A DNA stretch of 64,000 nucleotides from Thermodesulfobacteriota bacterium. Lineage in GTDB: Bacteria > Desulfobacterota > Desulfobaccia > Desulfobaccales > 0-14-0-80-60-11. A model generated the notes under the pieces. That model was not told the origin of the DNA and searched no databases. It saw nothing but the letters and a program-made list of their open reading frames with translations. Shown here piece after piece: positions 47,107 to 56,804 of this stretch (its first letter is position 1; every line of letters starts with the position of its first letter). The DNA lies in assembly GCA_049322315.1 (NCBI GenBank), contig JBMORF010000042.1, positions 40,915-104,914 on the forward strand. The letters run 5' to 3'. Position numbers and translations under genes: made by a program.

Positions 47107-47358
47107 ATGATCGCTGAAGCCATCGAACGTTTAGCCGACCGCGTACTGGCCTACGATGAACCGGATCTTACCGAACTTCTTAATCATTTCAAATCCCGCA
47201 TGGAGGAATTGGAGGTCTCACCCGCCTGGGAACGGGCGGTGATCGCCTACTTTTTGATTAACGGGATCCGGGTCAAAAACGCGCTGAAAAGAGGCAACCT
47301 GCACAAACCGGAACGCCAACCCGGCGGCCGCCCCAGACTGCGCCTAGTAAAGGCCTAA
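47107..47358 (+). CDS. Conserved-looking hypothetical protein
   Basis: LA...L.YDE..L..LL, WERAVIAYFLINGIR.KN, C-terminal LRLVK. Confidence 0.7.
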   Translation: MIAEAIERLADRVLAYDEPDLTELLNHFKSRMEELEVSPAWERAVIAYFLINGIRVKNALKRGNLHKPERQPGGRPRLRLVKA

Positions 47359-47432
47359 ACCTAGTCGACCAAGCAACTGGTGCCCCAGCCCTGGCCGGAA
47401 ATGCTAAGGGGGTGGGGCACTATTCTCTAAAT

Positions 47433-47610
47433 TTCACCACAAAGACACAAAAAGACGTCATTTCACCGGGAAAAACCAGTGACCAGAAGTCAGTGGCCAG
47501 TGGTCGGTAATTAACTACCTTAGTTTTTCACTGACCACTGACCACTGACCACTGACCACTGGCCACTGATCACTGACCACTTTGCTTTGTCCTTTGTGCC
47601 TCGGTGGTGA
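47433..47610. repeat. CACCAC..GACACA-type inverted repeat enclosing inverted CAGTGGC/CACTGAC heptamer arrays
   Basis: ttcaccacaaagacacaaa ... tttgtgcctcggtggtga; inner ccagtgaccag..cagtggccagtgg vs (cactgac)n. Confidence 0.75.
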
Positions 47611-47614
47611 TCTG

Positions 47615-48988
47615 TTAACGGCGCTGCCGGCCCTTGAGAAAGAGGCGCAGGGGGGCGTAGGTGAGGCCCAGCCTTTCCCGGAGTTGCTTCACCAGATAGC
47701 GGCGGTAGGAGTCCTTGACGCCTGCGGGTTGGTTGACAAAGGCGATGAAGGTGGGGGGTTGGACTTCCGCCTGGGTGAGATAATAGAATTTTACCGGGCG
47801 GTCCCGATAGCGGGAGGGGGGCACCCGTTCCGTGATTTCCTTGAGGAGGAGATTGAGTTCCCGGGTGGGGGCCCGGCGGCGGCTCTGGGAATCGATGGTG
47901 TTGACCAGGGGAAAGATTTTTGACAGATTGTGGCCGGTTTTGACGGAAACCGGCAGCACCGGCACGTAAGCCATGAACTCCAGGTCCGCGGCCACCCGCT
48001 CCAGGGTTTTTTTAGCCTTTTGGGGGTCGCCTTTTACCAGATCCCACTTGTTGACCAGGATAAGGCAGCCCTTGCCCTGGTCATTGATGAGATTGGCGAT
48101 GCGCAGGTCCTGCTGGGTCACCCCTTCCTGGGCGTCCAGGAGCAGCAAGGCCACCTCTGCTCGGGAGAGGGCTTTGATGGCCTTGAGGACCATCTGCCTT
48201 TCCAGTCCCGCGGCCACCAGGCTGGGGCGGCGCAGGCCCGCGGTGTCCACCAGGACGTAGTCCTGTTCCTGCCAATGAATGGTGGTGTCCACTACGTCCC
48301 GGGTGGTGCCGGGCAAGGGACTCACCATGAGACGCTCTTCCCCCAGGAAGCGGTTGACCAGGGAGGATTTGCCCACGTTGGGGCGGCCCAGGATGGCCAC
48401 CCGGATGCCGGGAGCGGCTTCGGCGGCCTCGCCGACGCAGGGCAGGAGCAGCACCAACGCGGCGAGCAGGGCGTTGATGCCCAAACCGTGAGCCGCGGCC
48501 ACGGGGAAGAGGGGATCGACGCCGAAGCGGTAGAATTCCGGCAGAATCTCCTCCCTCCCCGGGTGGTCGATTTTATTCACCACCAGGAGGAAAGGCTTGC
48601 CGGTGCGGCGCAGATAGTCGATGACTTCGGCGTCCCCGCCCTGGGGGCCTTCTTTGCCGTCCATCACCAGGAGCAGGACGTCGGCTTCGGCCACCGCGGC
48701 CTCGGCCTGGCGGCGCACCAGTTCCCCCAGGGCCTCTTCCCCCCCCACCAGACCGCCGGTGTCCACCAGCAGGAAAGAATGGTCTTCCCAATCCACCCGG
48801 CCATAGAGACGGTCCCGGGTGACCCCGGGAAAATCCGCCACCAGGGCCTGTGCGGAACGGGTGAGGCGGTTAAAGAGGGTGGATTTCCCCACGTTGGCCC
48901 GGCCGATGATGGCCACTAACGACAGGGCCTGCGGTCCCGCCGGTTTTCCGTTTTCCGTTTTCCGTTTTCCGTGAGAAGAAGTGGACAT
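47615..48988 (-). CDS. der: Ribosome biogenesis GTPase Der (EngA)
   Basis: Two G-domains: GRANVGKSTLFN/DTGG/NKID and GRPNVGKSS/DTAG/NKWD; C-terminal KH-like domain. Confidence 0.97.
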   Translation of the reverse strand: MSTSSHGKRKTENGKPAGPQALSLVAIIGRANVGKSTLFNRLTRSAQALVADFPGVTRDRLYGRVDWEDHSFLLVDTGGLVGGEEALGELVRRQAEAAVAEADVLLLVMDGKEGPQGGDAEVIDYLRRTGKPFLLVVNKIDHPGREEILPEFYRFGVDPLFPVAAAHGLGINALLAALVLLLPCVGEAAEAAPGIRVAILGRPNVGKSSLVNRFLGEERLMVSPLPGTTRDVVDTTIHWQEQDYVLVDTAGLRRPSLVAAGLERQMVLKAIKALSRAEVALLLLDAQEGVTQQDLRIANLINDQGKGCLILVNKWDLVKGDPQKAKKTLERVAADLEFMAYVPVLPVSVKTGHNLSKIFPLVNTIDSQSRRRAPTRELNLLLKEITERVPPSRYRDRPVKFYYLTQAEVQPPTFIAFVNQPAGVKDSYRRYLVKQLRERLGLTYAPLRLFLKGRQRR

Positions 48989-49037
48989 ATTAATTCCAAG
49001 GGTCTGTATTAAAGGAGGTTCTTATTTACTTAAGGGA

Positions 49038-49245
49038 TTAATACCAAGTTCCGGCCAAAAAAGTAACGGTGTCATCCTGAGCGGAGCAAGGATCTCGTAT
49101 TTTTGCGCCCGGAATTTCTGAACTGGTTGTAATCATCGGCAAGGCCTGGATAAGCTGTGCTGCCAAAGACGAGATTCTTCACTCCGCTCCGCTCCGTTCA
49201 GAATGACAGCTTAATATTACTTCTTTGACCGCAACTTGGTATTAA
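49038..49245. mobile_element. Composite MITE: GTCATCCTGAG...CAGAATGAC core (49070-49208) inside a 29-bp outer inverted repeat
   Basis: Outer ttaataccaagttccggccaaaaaagtaa / ttacttctttgaccgcaacttggtattaa; core shared with 54396-54536. Confidence 0.8.
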
Positions 49246-49403
49246 TAATGGGTTGAGGGGGATTAGTGAAGAAAGGGATGGCGAAGATGAACAGCTAAAT
49301 GAAAAAACGCCCTTACCCCTCTAACAAAAGGGGGAATGAGTTAATCATTCCCCCTCAAACTGTCTTAGAGCCTTGCTCCGGTTTTAACGGAAAACGGAAA
49401 ACG

Positions 49404-50783
49404 TTATTTAGCCTTCTGGGCCAGCTTTCTGGGGGGCCAGTTACGGATCAGATCCACGGCCCGCTGCAATTGCGGGTCTTGTTTCAGTTCCGCCTCGGTC
49501 ACGGGTTGGGACCAGGGTTTATCAGTCAGCCCTTCTTTACGCATATGCTTCTTCAGGGTCTCCTCCCGGACTTTGGCCAGGGACTTGCCCGGGGGAATTT
49601 CCGGCTCCTTGACCACTTCATCCGGCATAATCCCCTTGTCCTGGATGGTGGTGCCGCTGGGAGTGTAATAGAGGGCCGTGGTCAGGCGCAGGGCCGAGCC
49701 GTCTTCTAAGGGGATGATGGTCTGCACCGAACCTTTGCCGAAGCTCTTGGTGCCGATGAGGAAGGCCCGTTTCTGGTCCTTGAGGGCGCCGGCCACGATT
49801 TCGGAGGCCGAGGCGCTGCCCTCGTTAATAATGACCACCAGGGGTATAGGGATCTCTACCTTGCCCCGGGGATGGGCATAAAAGCGCATGCTCTGCTGGG
49901 GGGTGCGGCCTTCGGTGTAGACGATCAGCCCGGATTTCAGGAATTCGTCCGCCACCCGCACCGCCTGTTCCAGCAGGCCCCCGGGATCATTGCGCAGGTC
50001 CAGGATCAGCCCGTTAAAAGGAGTAAGGCGTTTTCCCATCTGTTTCAGGTAGTTCTGTAAGTCCCGGTCGGTCTGGTCCTGAAAATTGGCCAGCTTTATA
50101 TAGCCGATGCCGCCGTCGATGATCCGGGCTTTGACGCTGCGTATGGGAATAGTCGCCCGGGTAATTACGAAGTCTTTGGGGTGGGTAAAACCTTCCCGGT
50201 TGATGGTCAAGGTCACCTTGGTGCCTTGGGGGCCCCGGATCAGCTTCACCGCCTCGGTGAGGGAGATATTTTTCGTGGGGGTGCCGTTAATCTTGACGAT
50301 CTGATCCCCGGCCTGAAGGCCCATGCGATAGGCCGGGGTGCCCTCAATGGGGGAGACCACCGTGAGGATGCGGTCTTTCAGGGTAATTTCGATGCCGATG
50401 CCGCTGAATTTGCCCTTGGTTTCGATCTGCAGCTCCCGGTATTCTTCCGGGGTCATGAAGGAGGAGTGGGAATCCAGGATACTCACCGCCCCCTGGATGG
50501 AGCCGTAAACCAGATCCTTGAGGGGCTTCTTTTCCACATACTGGTCTTCCACCAGGGCCAGGGCCTGGGCCAGGACCCGGATTTTGGCGTCCTGGGGCGG
50601 AGAGGCGTGCGGCGACAGGGACGCCAGTTGCAGGGAAGGTTCCCGGGAATCCGCGGTCGCCTTAAGAGACGGTCCCAGGAAGAAAATCCCACAGAGGAAT
50701 AAAATCAGGAACAGGCCCGGGAAGACGCCCATTATTTTTCTGGAGGTCGAAAGCTTTCTCCCACGTCTCCGGCAAGCATTCAT
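49404..50783 (-). CDS. C-terminal processing peptidase (S41A, CtpA-like), catalytically intact
   Basis: LDSHS, PDZ GIGI, DLRNDPGG, GSASASE (Ser), SFGKGSVQ (Lys). Confidence 0.95.
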   Translation of the reverse strand: MNACRRRGRKLSTSRKIMGVFPGLFLILFLCGIFFLGPSLKATADSREPSLQLASLSPHASPPQDAKIRVLAQALALVEDQYVEKKPLKDLVYGSIQGAVSILDSHSSFMTPEEYRELQIETKGKFSGIGIEITLKDRILTVVSPIEGTPAYRMGLQAGDQIVKINGTPTKNISLTEAVKLIRGPQGTKVTLTINREGFTHPKDFVITRATIPIRSVKARIIDGGIGYIKLANFQDQTDRDLQNYLKQMGKRLTPFNGLILDLRNDPGGLLEQAVRVADEFLKSGLIVYTEGRTPQQSMRFYAHPRGKVEIPIPLVVIINEGSASASEIVAGALKDQKRAFLIGTKSFGKGSVQTIIPLEDGSALRLTTALYYTPSGTTIQDKGIMPDEVVKEPEIPPGKSLAKVREETLKKHMRKEGLTDKPWSQPVTEAELKQDPQLQRAVDLIRNWPPRKLAQKAK

Positions 50784-52033
50784 GGCCGTACCACCTTTTC
50801 CGCCAATTTCTGGGTCTTTTTCTGGCGTAAAATCTCCAGGGCCTGGATCACCCAGGGGTCGTTTTCCGGCGGGAGCTTGGCCGGAGTGGTGACCCCGGAA
50901 GCGGCCTTGGGCTTTTTACCTTCAACCTTAGGCGTCAAACCCTTGCCCTGGATTTTCTGGCCTTTGGGGGTATAACACTGGGCCACGGTCATCATCAGGG
51001 CGGAGCCGTCCCGGAGAGGGATCGTTTTGGTGACGCCGCAAAGCCCCACGGTTTTAGCCCCCAAGAGAACGGCATGGCACTGGTCCCGGAGGGCCCCGGC
51101 CAAGGCTTCCGCGCCCCGGCCCGTGCCCCCATCGACGAGCACCACCAGGGGCAGGTTTAAATTAGTGATCTCATCCCGGGACCGGCCGCTATAAGTCTGG
51201 TTCGGCTCCGGGGGGCGGCCCCGGGTGGTGAACACCTCTCTATTTCCCAGGAAGGGGGAAGCGGCGCGCACCGCCAGTTCCAGAGAGCCCCGGGTATTAT
51301 TGCGCAGATCCAGAATCAGGCCCTTAAGGGCCGGCTGATGCCGCTGCAAGGTTTTCAAGGTCGTGAGCAACTCTCCCGGAGTTTCCCGGGTAAAGTAGGG
51401 AATACGGATATAAGCGTAAGCATCTTGGATGATTTTCGAGGTCACTTGCCCGGGAGCCAGGGGTTCCAGGGTCAGATTCATATTCAGTGGTTTAACGAGG
51501 CCGTTACGCAAAACCTGGAGTTTGAAGGTGGTCCCCGGCTTCCCCTGGAAGCGCCGGATGGCCTCCTGGGTAGTAAGATTGCGCACCAGGTGGCCGTCGA
51601 TCTTGAGGATATGATCCCCCGGCCGCAGCCCGGCCCGCCAAGCCGGGCCGTCATCCATCACCGAGATGACGGTGAGGAGGTTATCCTTGTAAATCAGGTC
51701 CAAGCCGGCTTCCGCGGGGGGAGCCTTTTGGCCGCTCAGAAGCTGCTGATATTCCTTGGGAGTGAGAAAGGAGGAATCAGGGTCCAGGGAATTCATCAGA
51801 CCCCGGAGAGAACCGTAGACTATCTCTTCCTCACTCTTTTTCCAGACGAATTTTTGGGATATTTCGTTGAAGGCTTCCGTAATCAGCCGCAGGGCTTCGT
51901 AGTCCTGGGCGGAGGCGGCCATAACCGGCTGGGCCCCGGAAACTCCTAAAATAAACACCAAAAGGAGCGGCAAGGCCCGGTACCGGAAAAAGCCGCGGCT
52001 GTTGAGGGATTGGCCGATGCTGAAAAGTTTCAC
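50780..52033 (-). CDS. S41 peptidase homolog lacking both catalytic residues
   Basis: LDPDS, PDZ domain and DLRNN retained; TASASE replaced by TGRGAE and TFGKG by TVGLC. Confidence 0.85.
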   Translation of the reverse strand: MKLFSIGQSLNSRGFFRYRALPLLLVFILGVSGAQPVMAASAQDYEALRLITEAFNEISQKFVWKKSEEEIVYGSLRGLMNSLDPDSSFLTPKEYQQLLSGQKAPPAEAGLDLIYKDNLLTVISVMDDGPAWRAGLRPGDHILKIDGHLVRNLTTQEAIRRFQGKPGTTFKLQVLRNGLVKPLNMNLTLEPLAPGQVTSKIIQDAYAYIRIPYFTRETPGELLTTLKTLQRHQPALKGLILDLRNNTRGSLELAVRAASPFLGNREVFTTRGRPPEPNQTYSGRSRDEITNLNLPLVVLVDGGTGRGAEALAGALRDQCHAVLLGAKTVGLCGVTKTIPLRDGSALMMTVAQCYTPKGQKIQGKGLTPKVEGKKPKAASGVTTPAKLPPENDPWVIQALEILRQKKTQKLAEKVVRP

Positions 52034-52186
52034 GCTAGTGACCCTTCCATGCAGGTTTCCGGAATACTCAATTCATCCGTGAATTATTGCAAGTTACATT
52101 CCATTATTCGCCTAAAAATTAGGCAAAATCTTTAAAAAATACGACGCCGGGAAAATAGGGCCTAATCTTTAGCCCCCGGCAAAGGG

Positions 52187-53134
52187 CTATCCTCCGTTTT
52201 TGCGGGCCAGGGCCTTTAAGGCCGCGCCTTTAATATCCCCGGGCATCAAGCCGTAATGTTGAAGCAGAATATCCGGCTTGCCGGAGGTGCCGAAGATGTC
52301 CCGAAGGCCGATGCGTTGCAAGGGCACGGGGCAGTGTTCGGCCAGCACTTCGCTCACGGCGCTGCCCAAGCCCCCGGTGGCCAGGTGTTCTTCGGCGGTG
52401 ACCACGGCTCCGGTCAGCCGGGCGGAGTCCACCACCAACTGCCAGTCCAGGGGTTTCAGGCAGGAGAGGTTGAGAACCCGGGCAAAGACGCCGTCTGCGG
52501 CCAGCAGTTCCGCAGCCTCCAGACAATGATGGACCATCAGGCCGACACCCGCCAGGGTGACGTCCTCTCCCTCCCGGAGGATATCGCTCCGGCCCAGCTC
52601 GAAGGAGTGGTTTTCTTCGTAAATCACCGGGAACGGCATGCGCCCGGTGCGGATATAAACCGGCCCCTGGTAGGAGGCGGCCCAACGGACCATGGCCCGG
52701 GTTTCGGGGCCGTCCGCGGGGACCAGCACCACCATGTTAGGGAGGATGCGCATCAGGGCCAAATCTTCCACCGCCTGGTGGGAGCCGCCGTCTTCCCCGA
52801 CACTAATGCCGCCATGGCTTGCCACAATTTTGACATTAAGCTTGGCGTAGGCAATGGACTGCCTGATCTGCTCCCAGGCCCGGCCGGTGGCGAACATGGC
52901 AAAGGTGCTGGCAAAGGGAATCTTACCCCCCAGGGCCAGGCCCGCGGCGGTGCCCAGCAGGTCCTGCTCGGCCACGCCCATGTTGAAGAAGCGCTCAGGG
53001 AAGGCCTTGGCAAAATGCTTCGTCTGGGTGGACCCGGAGAGGTCCGCGTCCAAGGCGACGATATCCTGATTTTCTTGTCCTAGTTGCAGCAGGGCCTTAC
53101 CGTATTCGACCCGAGTGCTTTCTGGGGCAGCCAA
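52187..53134 (-). CDS. Transketolase, C-terminal (pyrimidine-binding) subunit (re-called start TTG 53134)
   Basis: LDADL, RFFNMGVAEQ, GEDGGSHQ, EEH...GGLG; AGGAG upstream. Confidence 0.93.
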   Translation of the reverse strand: MAAPESTRVEYGKALLQLGQENQDIVALDADLSGSTQTKHFAKAFPERFFNMGVAEQDLLGTAAGLALGGKIPFASTFAMFATGRAWEQIRQSIAYAKLNVKIVASHGGISVGEDGGSHQAVEDLALMRILPNMVVLVPADGPETRAMVRWAASYQGPVYIRTGRMPFPVIYEENHSFELGRSDILREGEDVTLAGVGLMVHHCLEAAELLAADGVFARVLNLSCLKPLDWQLVVDSARLTGAVVTAEEHLATGGLGSAVSEVLAEHCPVPLQRIGLRDIFGTSGKPDILLQHYGLMPGDIKGAALKALARKNGG

Positions 53135-53184
53135 ATCAACTCCTGATTTAGTAGAGTTCAAGGTTCAAAGTTCAAGGTTCAAAG

Positions 53185-53298
53185 TTGATAGCACTGTAAA
53201 AAGTCAAAAAAATGCTGATTTCCCCTCATTGCTTTCAATAAAATCAGCCACTTAAAACGCTGGTTTTTAGAAATTCCGACTTTTTACCAGGGCATCAA
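53185..53298. mobile_element. 114-bp GTAAAAAGTC-type MITE, copy 2, in a TTCAAAG heptamer array
   Basis: ttgatagcactgtaaaaagtc ... gactttttaccagggcatcaa; internal segment is the reverse complement of the 28494 copy. Confidence 0.8.
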
Positions 53299-53378
53299 AG
53301 TTTTTTGTTCAAACTGTTCGGACCGGTACTTCCAGCGCTTAATCCTAATAACAGAAAACAGATAACAGAAAACAGTCT

Positions 53379-54218
53379 TTATGCCGCCTGCAACTCCTTC
53401 ACGGCCTGCTCGTATTCCTCTTTGGTGGGGGCCACGCCGTGATATTTGGCCTGGTTCTCGAAAATGGAGACCCCCTTGCCCTTCACCGTGTGGGCGACGA
53501 TCATGGAGGGGCGGTCCTTCCCCTTACCGGTATCCTGAAGCGCGGCCAGGATGTCCGGGATGCTGTGGCCGTCCACCTCCAGGGTGTGCCAGCCGAAGGC
53601 CCTCCATTTATCGGCCAGGGGTTCGATACTCATGACGTCGGCGGTGTGGCCGTCGATCTGCAGGCGGTTCCGGTCCAGGATGGCCGTCAGGTTGTCCAGG
53701 CGGTAATGGGCGGCGCTCATGGCCGCTTCCCAGATCTGCCCCTCCTGGACCTCGCCGTCTCCCAGCAAGGCGTAGATCCGGGTGCCGCCGCCGTTGAGGC
53801 GGGCCGCCAGGGCCATGCCGTTGGCGATGGACAATCCCTGGCCCAGGGAGCCGGTGGGCACTTCCACACCGGGGGTGCAGGCGGAATCCGGGTGTCCCTG
53901 GAGGGAGCTGCCGAACTGGCGCAGGGTGAAAAGCTCTTCCCGGGGGAAGTACCCCAGCCTGGAGAGGATAGCGTAGTAGACGGGCGCGGCGTGGCCCTTG
54001 GAGAGCACGAAACGGTCGCGTTGGAGCCAACAGGGGTCCTGGGGATTGCAGCGCATCCGCCCGAAAAACAGGGCCACCATGATATCGGTGGCGGAGAGGG
54101 ACCCTCCCAGGTGGCCGGAGCCGGCCTTAAAAAGCATTTCCACGATGTCCAGGCGGACCTGGCGAGCCACTTCCTGCAGATGGTAAATGTCCGGAACCTC
54201 TTGGGAACTCTGCGTCAC
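53379..54218 (-). CDS. Transketolase, N-terminal (TPP-binding) subunit
   Basis: SGHLGGSLS, DRFVLSKGH, LQGHP, TGSLGQG, GDGE..EG. Confidence 0.95.
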   Translation of the reverse strand: MTQSSQEVPDIYHLQEVARQVRLDIVEMLFKAGSGHLGGSLSATDIMVALFFGRMRCNPQDPCWLQRDRFVLSKGHAAPVYYAILSRLGYFPREELFTLRQFGSSLQGHPDSACTPGVEVPTGSLGQGLSIANGMALAARLNGGGTRIYALLGDGEVQEGQIWEAAMSAAHYRLDNLTAILDRNRLQIDGHTADVMSIEPLADKWRAFGWHTLEVDGHSIPDILAALQDTGKGKDRPSMIVAHTVKGKGVSIFENQAKYHGVAPTKEEYEQAVKELQAA

Positions 54219-54360
54219 GGCGATGTCATCCCCTCCATAAGGCTAATATAATCAATAATGGCAATATTTGCTACCATAACCCCAAAAAACCTGCAAGGCA
54301 GGAATAATTATCCCGGCAATTATCCCTCGGGTGGGGAACGGGGGCAGAAGAGGCGCCAAA

Positions 54361-54570
54361 TTCAAGGTTGCGACCTCTGTAAAAACCACTTTTTTTGTCA
54401 TCCTGAGCGCTGCGAAGCGATCTCGTTTTTTTACGCTCGAGATTTCCAAATTGGGTGTAATCATTGGCATGGCCTGGAAGAGCTGTGCTGCCAAAGACGA
54501 GATTCTTCACTGCGCTCCGCTCCGTTCAGAATGACAGAAGAGGCTCTTTCCCAGAGGTCACAACCTCGAA
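54361..54570. mobile_element. Composite MITE: same GTCATCCTGAG core (54396-54536) inside a different 24-bp outer inverted repeat
   Basis: Outer ttcaaggttgcgacctctgtaaaa / tttcccagaggtcacaacctcgaa. Confidence 0.8.
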
Positions 54571-54685
54571 CCTTGAACCTTGAACTATTTAGGAAGAGAT
54601 CGGGGTTAGAAAAAAGTTAAGGGGAAAAAGTAATTCGCAGAAGGCCGGTTGCTCCTTGGCCGGGAAATTTATCTCAGGTTCTGCC

Positions 54686-54715
54686 TTGTCCTTCCTCCGG
54701 CCAAGGTTATATAAT
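54686..54715 (+). promoter_or_regulatory. sigma70-type promoter for gatC
   Basis: TTGTCC, 18-nt spacer, TATAAT. Confidence 0.5.
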
Positions 54716-54771
54716 CAACAGTTAAGTATCTGCGGCCCCGGATTTGTGGGGCGCCTTCAGGAGAGAAAAGC

Positions 54772-55056
54772 ATGGCCTTAACCCGGGAAGAAGTGCTGCA
54801 CGTGGCCGACCTGGCCCGGCTCAGCCTGGAGCCTCAGGAGGTGGAGCTGTTCACCCGGCAGCTCAACGATATTCTGGCCTACGTGGAAAAATTGCAGGAG
54901 TTGGACACGGCAGGCGTGACGCCCATGGCCCACGCGGTCCCGGTCTTTAACGCCTTTAGGGAGGATGAGGCCAGGGCGGGGTTGCCCCGAGACGAGGCCC
55001 TGGAGAACGCGCCCTCGAGAGAAGAGGGGAACTTTGTGGTGCCGCGGGTTATTTAA
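54772..55056 (+). CDS. gatC: Asp/Glu-tRNA amidotransferase subunit C
   Basis: V.HVA.LARL, IL.YVEKL.ELDT, FREDE, NAP, FVVPRVI. Confidence 0.96.
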   Translation: MALTREEVLHVADLARLSLEPQEVELFTRQLNDILAYVEKLQELDTAGVTPMAHAVPVFNAFREDEARAGLPRDEALENAPSREEGNFVVPRVI

Positions 55057-55124
55057 AGACAGTTTTCGGTTTTCGGTTTTCAGTTTTCGGTGATTGAGGA
55101 AGGCGCTTTAAACAGCGGATTTTT

Positions 55125-55211
55125 AAGTCCCCCTTTTTTAAAGGGGGATTTAGGGGGATTTTCAACTGGTTGCCCAAAATCCCCCCTGACCCCCCTTTAA
55201 AAAAGGGGGGG
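55125..55211. repeat. Poly-C/poly-G double-hairpin element, copy 3, between gatC and gatA
   Basis: Matches the copies at 17163 and 28331. Confidence 0.85.
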
Positions 55212-55287
55212 AATTATGGCCCATTCAGTCTTTATCCTTATGAATTAACGCCTTTTAATTCTGGGACTCAATATTAGGTAAAGGTTC

Positions 55288-56748
55288 ATGACGGATTCTT
55301 TATACAGCTTAAGCATCAGTGAGTTGGCCCCGCTGCTGGCCCGGCGGGAGGTGTCGCCGGTGGAGGTGACGGAGCAGCTTTTGGCGCGCATCGCCTCCGT
55401 GGACGGGCAGCTCAATAGCTACCTCACCGTGGACGCAGACGGGGCCCGGGCCCAGGCTAAGGCCGCGGAAGCCCGGATTGCCGGGGGTGAAGGCGCGCCT
55501 TTGACCGGCGTTCCCCTGGCTCTGAAAGACGTGCTCGTCACTAAAGGGTTGCGCACCACCTGCGGTTCGAAGATTCTGGAGAATTTTGTCCCGCCCTTCG
55601 ACGCCACGGTCTGCGCCCGGTTAAGGAGCGCGGGCGCGGTCTTCCTGGGGAAGGTGAACATGGACGAGTTCGCCATGGGTTCGTCCACGGAAAACTCGGC
55701 CTTTGGCACCACTTGCAACCCCTGGAACCGGGAGTATATTCCCGGGGGCTCCAGCGGCGGCTCCGCCGCGGCGGTGGCCGCGGATTTGTGCCTTGGCTCC
55801 CTGGGCTCGGACACCGGGGGCTCCATCCGCCAGCCCGCCTGCCACTGCGGGGTGGTGGGGTTAAAGCCCACCTATGGCCTGGTTTCCCGTTACGGGCTGG
55901 TGGCCTATGCCTCCTCCCTGGACCAGATCGGCCCCCTGACCAAAGAGGTGCGGGACGCGGCTTTGCTGCTCAACTGCATTGCCGGTTACGATCACCGGGA
56001 CTCCACGTCCGTGGACCAGGCCGTGCCCGATTACCTGGCAGGATTGGGGCGGGAGATCAAGGGGCTGAAGATCGGGGTGCCTAAGGAATACTTCGGCGAG
56101 GGGCTGGACCCGGAGGTGGCCGCAGCGGTGCAGGCAGCTCTCAAGACCCTGGAGGGGCTGGGCGCGGTGCTGGTGGAGGTGAGCCTGCCCCATACCGAAT
56201 ACGCCGTGGCCGTTTATTACGTGGTGGCGGTGGCTGAAGCTTCTTCGAACCTGGCCCGCTACGACGGGGTGAAATACGGCCTCCGGGTCGAGGGCAGGAA
56301 CCTCCTGGAGATGTACGGGGCCACCCGTACTAAAGGGTTCGGCGCGGAAGTGCGGCGGCGCATCATGCTGGGGACCTACGCCCTGTCCGCGGGGTATTAC
56401 GACGCCTACTACCGCAAGGCCTCCCAGGTGCGGGCCCTGATCCGGGGGGATTTTGACCGGGCTTTTCAGGAGTGCGACCTGGTGGCCACCCCGGTTTCCC
56501 CCACCCCGGCGTTCCGCCTGGGGGAGAAGCTAGACGACCCCCTGACCATGTACCTGTCGGACATCTTCACCATCTCCGCCAACCTGGCGGGGGTGCCGGG
56601 GATTTCGGTGCCTTGTGGCTTCAGCGGTACCGGACTCCCCATCGGCTTGCAGCTCATGGGGCCGCCCTTTGGGGAGGCGGTGCTGCTGCAAGCGGCTTAT
56701 GCCTTGGAGCAGGCCACGGATTGGCATCGGCGCAAGCCGGTTCTGTGA
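55288..56748 (+). CDS. gatA: Asp/Glu-tRNA amidotransferase subunit A
   Basis: [46 protein letters not shown]. Confidence 0.98.
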   Translation: MTDSLYSLSISELAPLLARREVSPVEVTEQLLARIASVDGQLNSYLTVDADGARAQAKAAEARIAGGEGAPLTGVPLALKDVLVTKGLRTTCGSKILENFVPPFDATVCARLRSAGAVFLGKVNMDEFAMGSSTENSAFGTTCNPWNREYIPGGSSGGSAAAVAADLCLGSLGSDTGGSIRQPACHCGVVGLKPTYGLVSRYGLVAYASSLDQIGPLTKEVRDAALLLNCIAGYDHRDSTSVDQAVPDYLAGLGREIKGLKIGVPKEYFGEGLDPEVAAAVQAALKTLEGLGAVLVEVSLPHTEYAVAVYYVVAVAEASSNLARYDGVKYGLRVEGRNLLEMYGATRTKGFGAEVRRRIMLGTYALSAGYYDAYYRKASQVRALIRGDFDRAFQECDLVATPVSPTPAFRLGEKLDDPLTMYLSDIFTISANLAGVPGISVPCGFSGTGLPIGLQLMGPPFGEAVLLQAAYALEQATDWHRRKPVL

Positions 56749-56804
56749 GGCGGGATTCGGCTTTTCTCAGCCTGGTAACCAGAAGACAGCCAAGGAGTTT
56801 TTAA

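Noticed and set aside
54252-54620. Small ORFs between transketolase and gatC
   Set aside because: They are translations of the composite MITE (e.g. SLRSAQDD and CHPER peptides), not genes
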